From Rickettsiales bacterium (lineage in GTDB: Bacteria; Pseudomonadota; Alphaproteobacteria; Rickettsiales; JABSSG01), in contig JAGVLN010000006.1 in the NCBI GenBank assembly GCA_020049805.1, forward strand, positions 1,002 to 65,001: DNA of 64,000 nt. Direction: 5' to 3'. Within the stretch, counting starts at the first letter, position 1; every line of letters begins with the position of its first letter. The notes beneath the pieces are model-generated. The model was given only the letters and a program-made list of their open reading frames with translations. It did no database searches and was not told where the DNA came from. The translations under genes were made by a program, and so were the position numbers. Below are positions 7,971 to 16,138 of this stretch, in pieces.

Positions 7971-8604
7971 CTATAATTTTACGAAATTGTTTTACAGTTA
8001 AATTTGGATTAGTAGCTTCATGAATTGCACCTATTGTAGCTATACCATTCGCACCAGCTGACATAACACTCATCAGATTAGATTCATTAATTCCACCTAT
8101 TGCAATAATCGGGTGTTTTGCTATTGCCGATAAATCTCTTAAACCATCTATACCCCAGATCGTTGCGACATCAGGTTTACTAAAAGTTGGAAAAACAGCA
8201 CCAACACCAATATAATCTATCGGCAATTCATTTGCTGTATAAAGATCTGCAAGCGTTTCAATAGAAACACCAATAATTTTATCTGATCCTAAAATTTCTC
8301 GTGCCACTTTAGGATTACCATCAGATTGGCCCAAATGCACCCCTTCTGTATCTAACTTTAAGGCTAAATCAACATTATCATTAACAATAAGAGGAATATT
8401 GTAAGGATCTAAAATTTTCTTAAGTTTTATTCCAAACTGGAAAAGAGATTCATGAGAAGTGTTTTTTTCACGTAACTGTACAGAGGTAATGCCTGAATTA
8501 GCGCAAACTTTAATGAATTGGAGATATTGTTCTAAAGGAACATCGCCCCTATTGGTAACCAGCATAAATTTATAAAACTGATTCTTTAACGATTTATCAA
8601 GCAT
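7951..8604 (-). CDS. thiE: Thiamine-phosphate synthase
   Basis: VQLREK, GVHLGQSD and IAIGGI motifs on a TIM-barrel ThiE-length protein of 217 aa. Confidence 0.9.
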   Translation of the reverse strand: MLDKSLKNQFYKFMLVTNRGDVPLEQYLQFIKVCANSGITSVQLREKNTSHESLFQFGIKLKKILDPYNIPLIVNDNVDLALKLDTEGVHLGQSDGNPKVAREILGSDKIIGVSIETLADLYTANELPIDYIGVGAVFPTFSKPDVATIWGIDGLRDLSAIAKHPIIAIGGINESNLMSVMSAGANGIATIGAIHEATNPNLTVKQFRKIIDGKNYD

Positions 8605-8854
8605 GGTAATATCTCTTTTGAAATAAAGATATTAAGCTGCTTATTACACCGACTATATTACTATACACCACAAAACTAGAAGAGGTGTACGTACCATAAC
8701 CGATCCAGGCTATAGAACATACAAGATAATTCCATAACATAAGTATAGATATGTCATGAGCTGATTTTATTTTATAAGTTTTGTAAATTTGGGGCGTTAG
8801 CCCAATAAATGAAGTAATAGAGGCAATAATGCCAAATAGATCAACAACGCTCAC
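8597..8854 (-). CDS. SemiSWEET / PQ-loop family 3-TM membrane protein (first cistron of the thi operon)
   Basis: 85 aa with three hydrophobic helices and the PQ-loop motif LTPQIYKTYKIKSAHDIS after TM1. Size and layout match bacterial SemiSWEETs. GTG start directly after the riboswitch; 8-nt overlap with thiE. Confidence 0.75.
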   Translation of the reverse strand: MSVVDLFGIIASITSFIGLTPQIYKTYKIKSAHDISILMLWNYLVCSIAWIGYGTYTSSSFVVYSNIVGVISSLISLFQKRYYHA

Positions 8855-8940
8855 ATCTTCCTCCGCTAGTACTAACTAGATCAGGTTATAAGGGTATTTC
8901 TCAGCCAATTAAGCAAATGATAACTAGCACCCCTGGTGAA
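8855..8940 (-). promoter_or_regulatory. TPP (THI-box) riboswitch
   Basis: The minus strand reads UUCACCAGGGGUGCUAGUUAUCAUUUGCUUAAUUGGCUGAGAAAUACCCUUAUAACCUGAUCUAGUUAGUACUAGCGGAGGAAGAU, followed by GUG. All conserved THI-box blocks are present (GGGGUGC, CUGAGA, ACCC, AACCUGAUCU..AGCG, AGGAA). The SD GGAGGAA sits in the 3' strand of P1. Confidence 0.9.
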
Positions 8941-8955
8941 TAAATTTCAAAATGA

Positions 8956-8984
8956 AAATTAATATAGTAATATTACAATGTCAA
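8956..8984 (-). promoter_or_regulatory. Candidate sigma70 promoter of the thi operon
   Basis: On the minus strand, TTGACA (8984-8979) - N17 - TAATTT (8961-8956), about 15-20 nt upstream of the riboswitch 5' end. Confidence 0.35.
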
Positions 8985-9270
8985 GTTGGTACTGCTAAAA
9001 AATTTATATTTTTGTTAATATTATACTTGATGTTTAAATTATTATATGTTATTTTCGTTAAAAATAATTAATTAGAAAATCTTAAAAATGACTAACACTG
9101 TCACTTTACATTTTTGTTTTCTCCTCTACCGCCTTGTGTGGGCGATTACATCTCATATTGCACGCTAAGCGTGTACATAAAATTTAAATAAATCAAATTT
9201 ACATAACAATCTTAGCGCAAACGTCAATAATGACTTTTGTATTATAAAAATTTAAATATAGAGACGAACC

Positions 9271-9999
9271 ATGAGTAGAAAAAAATTTAATAAAGATCCT
9301 ATCGATACTAATCCTAGAAAAGTAAGTATAAACACTGTTACACCTTTTGCAAAGGTTGAAGAAACACCGAGCAAACAATGCTCCCTGGAGGATATTGGCA
9401 ATATCTTAGTTAGCAGTGCAGAAAAAGCCGGATTAATCGAAGGAGTTGCTACTATCGGCATTATGGTTGTATTAGGTTTACCTAATATTGCCTCTTCTAC
9501 TGCTACAGGTGTAGGAGCAGCTTTTGTAAGTTTTGCTATAAGAGAGTATGCCACAAAGTGTCAAGTTAATACACAATATTTAGGCGGGATAGTGGGAGGT
9601 GCTGTAAAATATTCAATAAAAGGTGGAAATCCTATAATTGGCTCGATAAATAATTTGGGTTATGAAGTATGTAATTATTATAACCTAAATCCTTACGGAT
9701 GCGCCTATACAGTAGAAATAGGGGAAGAATTATTAAAAGTTTCTTTATCACAAAATGCTAATTTATATGCAGCTTCTAAAGTAGGCCTTGTAGTAGGTAC
9801 CGCCCTTAGTTTTGCAGTCGGTTTTGTATATGTGCCATATAAAACTTATACGTCTAATGCAGTTAATTCTACTACACCAGATGGAGATTTACAGTCTAGT
9901 AACAATAATAGCGCCAGCGTGCATCCTATAAACGATAATGTTCCAAACCAAATGGACATTGTGGGAGTAAACGAGACACTAGTAGATCAACATGATTAA
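9271..9999 (+). CDS. Hypothetical membrane protein with paired Gly/Ala-rich hydrophobic segments
   Basis: 242-aa ORF, long for an AT-rich (stop-rich) genome. Paired hydrophobic segments GVATIGIMVVLGL-PNIASS-TATGVGAAFVSFAI, plus VGLVVGTALSFAVGFVYV. Hydrophilic N- and C-termini. No family recognised. Confidence 0.5.
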   Translation: MSRKKFNKDPIDTNPRKVSINTVTPFAKVEETPSKQCSLEDIGNILVSSAEKAGLIEGVATIGIMVVLGLPNIASSTATGVGAAFVSFAIREYATKCQVNTQYLGGIVGGAVKYSIKGGNPIIGSINNLGYEVCNYYNLNPYGCAYTVEIGEELLKVSLSQNANLYAASKVGLVVGTALSFAVGFVYVPYKTYTSNAVNSTTPDGDLQSSNNNSASVHPINDNVPNQMDIVGVNETLVDQHD

Positions 10000-10014
10000 A
10001 TTAAGGAGAAAAAA

Positions 10015-10893
10015 ATGGCAAATTCCTACCCAACTTTTAACTCATTAGCTTGGTCCCTGCAAGTGGTAGCAATATCATCTACTATTGGCACATTAAGTAC
10101 GTGGTATTATAGAGCAAGAAATGTACATGTTATACCACAATTCTGTAATGGTTTAAAAAATTCTACAGATGTTAGCTTTATTTCTAATTTTCTTTGTGAA
10201 CCTTTAAATTCACTAACCGAATTTTTTTATAACTCAACAGAGAATAGCACTGCTATGACAACATTAGATTTAGTTACGCATGTCAATGTAGTAAGAACTG
10301 TAGATGTTGTAGCAACTTCTGCTGCTTGCTTAGCTGATGTTGTAACTATTGGACCGGTTATATCATCACCAATTCATATTGTTGGAAAAATAGAAGCTGT
10401 TGAAAAAAGTATTGTTCATAGTTTCCTTTCGTGCAGTGTGGCTGGATATAGTATAGTCACAAGCGCTATAGGAGCATTTTATTTAGATACTGCCCTAGAG
10501 GAAGAAGTCCATGCGCTACATGGCACAGTACAAAACTGCCAAGAAAATGGATGCACTAGAGAAGGAAAAGCTATAGTTATTAATAACGGACCAAATCCTT
10601 CCCATAGTCCTATAATTTATTACGGTTTTGAAACAGGATTTAGAACGGCTATAGATAACGCTATAGATATACTTAAAAATGGTGTTACTGCCAATTTATT
10701 TAGCTTAGATAACATAGCTGAATGGTTTAAGTTTTCAGTAATTGCTGACCTAGTAGCAATTGATGTAAATAATACAATATCACAAAAACAAGATTTGCTC
10801 GATAAACTATCGTCAATGCCCTCTTCATTAGGAGATGTACCTCAAACACTCCCATTAGGGGTAACTACCGAGTACGAAAAAACCGAACTCTGA
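10015..10893 (+). CDS. Hypothetical protein (orphan), co-transcribed with 9271..9999
   Basis: 292-aa ORF 15 nt after the previous stop with an AAGGAGAA SD. Several hydrophobic stretches (LQVVAISSTIGTL, FLSCSVAGYSIVTSAIGAFYL). No recognisable motifs. Confidence 0.5.
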   Translation: MANSYPTFNSLAWSLQVVAISSTIGTLSTWYYRARNVHVIPQFCNGLKNSTDVSFISNFLCEPLNSLTEFFYNSTENSTAMTTLDLVTHVNVVRTVDVVATSAACLADVVTIGPVISSPIHIVGKIEAVEKSIVHSFLSCSVAGYSIVTSAIGAFYLDTALEEEVHALHGTVQNCQENGCTREGKAIVINNGPNPSHSPIIYYGFETGFRTAIDNAIDILKNGVTANLFSLDNIAEWFKFSVIADLVAIDVNNTISQKQDLLDKLSSMPSSLGDVPQTLPLGVTTEYEKTEL

Positions 10894-10906
10894 ATTCTAT
10901 GTATTT

Positions 10907-10939
10907 GATAAATAAGGATCATTATGATCCTTATTTATC
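10907..10939 (+). terminator. Hairpin terminator candidate after the orphan pair
   Basis: Perfect 15-bp palindrome GATAAATAAGGATCA-TTA-TGATCCTTATTTATC, 14 nt after the stop. AT-rich stem with no separate T-tract. Confidence 0.45.
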
Positions 10940-11041
10940 ACTATGATATATATTAATATCTTTATTTACTTAAAAATATTATTAACTAATTGAATATTGA
11001 ATAATATAATTAGGTATATAAATTAAAAACTTTTTAATATC

Positions 11042-11566
11042 ATGGTCAAAGTAGTAATTGAAAAATTAGACAGCCTCGATTCAAAAGATCTTATCGATTT
11101 ATGTGATGTGACAGAAGCCACTATGATCGATACTTTTGGCTTTACAATTGGTTTTAAACAATGGCAACCTCCTTTAAGGCATGATATGGAAGCCTATTTT
11201 AAAGGCATAATGATCGTACCGGAACGTCAATTAATTGTAGCAAGACTCGATAACACCATTGTTGGCTCACTTCAGCTATTATTTTCTCCTAAAAATAACA
11301 CTTCATTCTTTGCTGTTACAGTGGACAATCATTTTGTTGTACCATGGGCAAGAAATTTTGGTATAGCTAAAAAGTTATTAGAGTTTTCTGAAAGCTACGC
11401 ACGCGAAAAAGGTTTCAAACTTATAAAACTTAGCGTAAGGTCAGACTTAGATGCAGCTATCAATTTATATGAGCGAGCAGGATATAAACGCTGGGGTACA
11501 TTAAAAAAATATCAAATGCTCGGTAATCAATTTATTAGCGGTTTTTTTTACTGTAAAGACTTATAA
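11042..11566 (+). CDS. GNAT-family N-acetyltransferase
   Basis: 174 aa. Acetyl-CoA binding region VVPWARNFGIAKKLLEFSESYAREKGF and a C-terminal YERAGYKRWG-type motif. Confidence 0.8.
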   Translation: MVKVVIEKLDSLDSKDLIDLCDVTEATMIDTFGFTIGFKQWQPPLRHDMEAYFKGIMIVPERQLIVARLDNTIVGSLQLLFSPKNNTSFFAVTVDNHFVVPWARNFGIAKKLLEFSESYAREKGFKLIKLSVRSDLDAAINLYERAGYKRWGTLKKYQMLGNQFISGFFYCKDL

Positions 11567-11578
11567 ATACTATTACTA

Positions 11579-11914
11579 TTAAAATTTAATAATCAAATAT
11601 TTTGTAAGCTCTTTGTTCAGCAAATCCCTTAATTCATTACCACGTCCATTTAACCAACGTTGCTGGTTTTTATCATAATCAAAATGATAAGCTCCTGTTT
11701 CTGGAGAAGATAACCAAATCTGTTGTACATAACCATGTTTATTAATAACGTATTGTTTATTATTAGGTAAAGTTATAGTTAAAATTTCATCAAGAATATC
11801 CGCATCCAAAATCATCCCTTTATCCTGGTCTTCAATTATCGAAAATAAATAATTAATTTCGTTATCTGCTAGTTTATGGAATTCAGTTTTATTCATTTCA
11901 CTTCTCATTACCAA
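11579..11914 (-). CDS. cyaY: Frataxin homolog CyaY (iron-sulfur cluster assembly)
   Basis: 111 aa. EFHKLADNEINYLFSIIE N-terminal helix, ILTITLPNNKQYVINKH, QIWLSSPETGAYHFDY motif. Confidence 0.8.
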   Translation of the reverse strand: MVMRSEMNKTEFHKLADNEINYLFSIIEDQDKGMILDADILDEILTITLPNNKQYVINKHGYVQQIWLSSPETGAYHFDYDKNQQRWLNGRGNELRDLLNKELTKYLIIKF

Positions 11915-11958
11915 TAATATACTCTATAATATATCGCATTGAAGCTTAATATATATTT

Positions 11959-13791
11959 ATGGAAAATACCAATAATACTCAAGGCGAAAATAAAATTACT
12001 TTTGCCCCTCTCATATTTTTAAAATGGCTGATAGTCATAGGACTTTGGTCAAGCACGATCTTTGCTGGATATTTATTGTATATATTTCACGATTTACCTG
12101 ACATTAGTAAACTTGAAGAAGTAAGAACGGCTCATAAGGTAATTATTTTAGATGATAAAGGATCTGTATTAGCTACTTATGGGGATGTTTATGGTAAATA
12201 CATAGATTATCATCAAATTCCTCGTAACTTACGTAATGCAGTTATTGCTACTGAAGATAAAAGATTTTTTGACCATTTCGGAGTTGATGTATGGGGCATA
12301 ATAAGAGCTGCCTATGCTAACTTAAAAGCCGGGCATACAGTGCAAGGTGGCAGCACGATAACACAACAATTAGCAAAAATCGTCTTCTTAAGCCCTACTC
12401 GTACCTTAAAAAGAAAGATTCAAGAAGCAATGCTTGCAATTCAATTAGAACAGAAATATTCAAAACAACAAATTTTAGCTATTTATTTAAATAGGGTATA
12501 TCTTGGTTCAGGAATTTATGGGATAGATGCTGCTGCTAAATACTACTTCGGAAAAAATATTAAAGATCTAAATCTCTATGAAGCTGCTATTATCGCAGGA
12601 TTGCTTAAAGCTCCAACAAAATTTTCTCCCACTAATAATATGAAATTATCTGGAGAAAGAGCCTATCAAATTCTTCTTAATATGTATGAAGATGGCTACA
12701 TTAATAAACAAGAACTAAATGAAGCAAGCAAAAAGCCTGTACGCTTAGAAACCAGTATGATGGGCAGCATGCGTCATCATTATTTCACTGACTGGATCTA
12801 TGAGCAGGTAGAACAATATGTAGGAAATAAAACTTATGATTTAATAGTAAAAACTTCTCTAAATTTACCAATCCAGCGATTATCTGAAGGGGTTTTCAAA
12901 CATTACATAGACCAAATTCACGAAACAAGAAAAGTAGGTCAAGGAGCAATAATAGTGATGACTCCTAGTGGAGAAATATTAGCTATGGTCGGAGGTAGAA
13001 ACTTTAATACAAGTCCTTTTAACAGAGCTACACAAGCATTTAGACCTACTGGTTCTGCTTTTAAATTATTCGTTTATGCAGCAGCTATGCAGACCGAACG
13101 TACTCCTCAAGATCTGATTAAAGATGCACCTGTAAATTATAATGGATGGAGTCCAAGAAACTTTAATCGTAACTTCTTAGGATTAATAAGTATCCAGGAA
13201 GCTTTTGCAAAATCGATTAATACAATATCTGTAAAATTAACTGATGAAATTGGTGTAAAAAATATTATTAATTTAGCTCACGATCTAGGTATCCAAACAG
13301 CTCTAGAACCAAATTTAAGTTTGGCTTTAGGTACAGCTTCATTAACATTATTAGAAATGACTTCTGCCTATGCGAGCATAGCAAATCATGGTTATGTTTC
13401 TAACCCACACGCTATTCAATATATTCGTAATGCACATACTGGGGAATTTTTATATGTCAGACCTCATACCACTCCTAAACAAGTTATGAATGAAGAAGCT
13501 ATTGTAAAAATGGATCAATTATTATCTTATGCGGTAGAGACAGGTACTGCTAAAGGTGCTAAAAATAAGAAAGTTAAAATTAGTGGTAAAACCGGCACCT
13601 CACAAGATTTTAGAGATGCTTGGTTTTTTGGTTATACTAATAATTACGTTGTTGGAGTATGGCTTGGCAATGATGATTACTCACCTATGAAATTCGTCAG
13701 TGGTGGAACTTATCCGACCTTAATCGGTAGAGATATTTTAATAAAACTACCTAATAATCTAAAGAATGCGTGGGAAAATCAAAAAAACTGA
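11959..13791 (+). CDS. Bifunctional class A penicillin-binding protein (PBP1A family, short form)
   Basis: N-terminal TM segment. GT51 motifs EDKRFFDHFGVD, GGSTITQQLAK and RKIQEA. Transpeptidase motifs TGSAFK (SxxK), a SIN-type SxN and KTGTS. Confidence 0.88.
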   Translation: MENTNNTQGENKITFAPLIFLKWLIVIGLWSSTIFAGYLLYIFHDLPDISKLEEVRTAHKVIILDDKGSVLATYGDVYGKYIDYHQIPRNLRNAVIATEDKRFFDHFGVDVWGIIRAAYANLKAGHTVQGGSTITQQLAKIVFLSPTRTLKRKIQEAMLAIQLEQKYSKQQILAIYLNRVYLGSGIYGIDAAAKYYFGKNIKDLNLYEAAIIAGLLKAPTKFSPTNNMKLSGERAYQILLNMYEDGYINKQELNEASKKPVRLETSMMGSMRHHYFTDWIYEQVEQYVGNKTYDLIVKTSLNLPIQRLSEGVFKHYIDQIHETRKVGQGAIIVMTPSGEILAMVGGRNFNTSPFNRATQAFRPTGSAFKLFVYAAAMQTERTPQDLIKDAPVNYNGWSPRNFNRNFLGLISIQEAFAKSINTISVKLTDEIGVKNIINLAHDLGIQTALEPNLSLALGTASLTLLEMTSAYASIANHGYVSNPHAIQYIRNAHTGEFLYVRPHTTPKQVMNEEAIVKMDQLLSYAVETGTAKGAKNKKVKISGKTGTSQDFRDAWFFGYTNNYVVGVWLGNDDYSPMKFVSGGTYPTLIGRDILIKLPNNLKNAWENQKN

Positions 13792-14188
13792 ATCTTTGAT
13801 TCTAAGTGGTAAAACATACTTACAAGACCATGATAGCTATACACCTAAGAATGGCGATGTCTTGCTTGCTCCTTACATAGAGAATAAAAATAATTTTCTT
13901 TTTACTGCAGAAACATATTACCAATCAGGGAATAAAGGATATTTCAGAGCATATGTTTATGATGGTAAAAATTGGGGTCACCTAAACCAAGTGGAAGTTT
14001 TTCCGAATAAAGAAAATCACTTTTTAAAATCAGAATTAGCGATCGATACTTTTAATTTATGCTTAGAATCCATCAATAAACTTGCTGGCACTATTTTATA
14101 TCGAACTTATCGAGGCCACTATACTATTCACCAATACATTGCAGCACCCTTTAAAGGAAAAAAGGGACATTATAAAACTAAATTATGA
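13766..14188 (+). CDS. Hypothetical protein
   Basis: 140-aa uninterrupted ORF in a stop-rich genome. Overlaps the PBP 3' end by 26 nt. No SD and no recognisable family. Confidence 0.4.
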   Translation: MRGKIKKTESLILSGKTYLQDHDSYTPKNGDVLLAPYIENKNNFLFTAETYYQSGNKGYFRAYVYDGKNWGHLNQVEVFPNKENHFLKSELAIDTFNLCLESINKLAGTILYRTYRGHYTIHQYIAAPFKGKKGHYKTKL

Positions 14189-14214
14189 ATTCTAATATAA
14201 TAAAAAGGTAGGAA

Positions 14215-14628
14215 ATGGGTCAAAAAAACGCAAAAAATTTAATGAGTGAATTCTATAAATTTTTTAATGAAGCTGATTTAGAAAATTTATTTTCATTAAT
14301 TAGCGATGATATTATACACGAAATGAATTTCGATAAAACTGAAGGTAAAAAAGCATTTATAGAATATATAAAATATGCTACTAAACATTACCATGAATTA
14401 GTTTGCGACCCAATAATTATGATGAGTGAAGATGGCAAACATGGTGCTGCATTAATCACTGTAAAAGGTAAATATATAAAAACTGATAAATCAGGGATTA
14501 AAGCACAAAATCAACCATATATTCTTTCAGTAATAAATTATTGTGAAGTTGAAAATGGATTAATAACCAAAGCCAGAGCTTACTTTAATGAAAGTAGCTG
14601 GCTTGATCAAATTAATTCTTTTAGATAA
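14215..14628 (+). CDS. NTF2-like / SnoaL-like fold protein
   Basis: 137 aa. N-terminal helix pattern EFYKFFNEADLENLFSLISDDIIHE is typical of SnoaL/ketosteroid-isomerase-like proteins. AAAGGTAGGA SD. Confidence 0.55.
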   Translation: MGQKNAKNLMSEFYKFFNEADLENLFSLISDDIIHEMNFDKTEGKKAFIEYIKYATKHYHELVCDPIIMMSEDGKHGAALITVKGKYIKTDKSGIKAQNQPYILSVINYCEVENGLITKARAYFNESSWLDQINSFR

Positions 14629-15333
14629 TTACTTTTTTATTCTATTTATCAATCTAAGCCAAGCTTCCCAATCTCGTTGTCCAAGATCTGACTCAAACGA
14701 CAGCAAATCTCGTACTGATCTCTGACAAATTTCATGGTCAGGAATAATGATCTCTCTATTCATAGCTAAAGTTTGACATTGGGCCTTACATGCTAATGAT
14801 AGATGATAGGTATAAAACATTGCTTCATGGATCGTACGTCCACAGGTAATTGATCCATGATTACGTAATAACATAACTAATTTTTGTCCTAAGTCCTTAA
14901 TCAAATCCTGTCCTTGTTGCTTTACTAACGCTAGAGAATTATAAGCATGATAAGCAATGCCTTGATAAAAATGTAGCGCCCATTGGTTAATTGGTAATAA
15001 ACCTTCTCTTAATGAGGAAACCGCTACAATCTCGGGAGTATGTAAATGAAAAACTGCTTGAATGTCAGGACGAGCTTGATAAATGTTGCCATGAATAATA
15101 TAACCAGTATTATTATATTGATATTCCTTACCTTCTATCACTTTGCCTTCTAACGATATTTTCATTAAATTATCAGCAGTTACTTCCTCAAAGCGCAAAC
15201 CAAAAGGATAAATATAAAATGCCTCCGGATCTTCTGACCGAGCTGATAGGTGAGTATAAGTATGATCATCTAACTCAAGATATGCTAGAATTTGATAAGC
15301 AGCTGCTAAATCTTGTTTTATTTTATTGGTCAC
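14629..15333 (-). CDS. Class II aldolase/adducin family protein
   Basis: 234 aa. Metal-binding His context [13 protein letters not shown], plus [17 protein letters not shown], typical of the family. Confidence 0.8.
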   Translation of the reverse strand: MTNKIKQDLAAAYQILAYLELDDHTYTHLSARSEDPEAFYIYPFGLRFEEVTADNLMKISLEGKVIEGKEYQYNNTGYIIHGNIYQARPDIQAVFHLHTPEIVAVSSLREGLLPINQWALHFYQGIAYHAYNSLALVKQQGQDLIKDLGQKLVMLLRNHGSITCGRTIHEAMFYTYHLSLACKAQCQTLAMNREIIIPDHEICQRSVRDLLSFESDLGQRDWEAWLRLINRIKK

Positions 15334-15449
15334 TTTCTAATTAACGCTTCATTATTATTAACACATTTATCTGATTAAATAATTTATTTATAAATAACAT
15401 AATTTACAATTATAAAAGTTAATGTTACAGCTTAAATTACAAAACTTAA

Positions 15450-16112
15450 TTGAAGGTACATATGAATAATATTGAAAATTTACATACTGCTCTAGATAAG
15501 CTTCATCTTTTAAAACATGAGTTTTATCAAGCTTGGTCAGAAGGAAAACTATCTAAAGAAACCCTTCAAGAATATGCCAAACAATATTATCATCACGTAG
15601 AAGCCTTTCCTCGTTATATAAGTACTATCCATTCTCAATGCGATGATATTTCTTCTAGGCAAGTATTACTTGGAAACTTAACCGAAGAAGAAAAAGGTGA
15701 AGAAAATCATCCGGAACTTTGGTTACGTTTTTCTGAAAGCCTTGGTGTTACAAGAGAAGAAGTAAAAAATGTAACTAAGCTTGATAATACCAATAACTTA
15801 ATAGAAGGTTTTTTCCAATTAGCTAGAACATCTTATGCAAAAGGACTTGGAGCTTTATATGCTTATGAGAGACAAGTACCTGAAATAGCTAAATCGAAAA
15901 TTGCTGGTTTAAAGGAATTTTATAACATAATCAGCACAGAAGGATTAAAATTCTTTAATGTCCATATAACCGCAGATGAATGGCATTCGGAAGAATGCTT
16001 AGGTTTAATTGAAAAATTATCTCCTGAAGATCAGGAAGAAGCCTTTGATGGCGCCATAGAAGGCGCCAGGCTACTTTGGAAGTTTTTAGATGGTGTTCAT
16101 ACAAACTGCTAG
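15450..16112 (+). CDS. CADD-family dimetal oxygenase (heme-oxygenase-like fold; CT610-type pABA synthase family)
   Basis: Collinear with Chlamydia CADD/CT610 as recalled: HEFYQAWSEGKLSKETLQEYAKQYYHHVEAFPRYISTIHSQCDD, EEEKGEENHPELWLRF, ALYAYERQVPEIA and an ADEWHSEE metal-ligand block. TTG at 15450 or ATG at 15462 as the start. Confidence 0.78.
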   Translation: MKVHMNNIENLHTALDKLHLLKHEFYQAWSEGKLSKETLQEYAKQYYHHVEAFPRYISTIHSQCDDISSRQVLLGNLTEEEKGEENHPELWLRFSESLGVTREEVKNVTKLDNTNNLIEGFFQLARTSYAKGLGALYAYERQVPEIAKSKIAGLKEFYNIISTEGLKFFNVHITADEWHSEECLGLIEKLSPEDQEEAFDGAIEGARLLWKFLDGVHTNC

Positions 16113-16138
16113 AAATTACTATTTATTTTTTATAGCAA

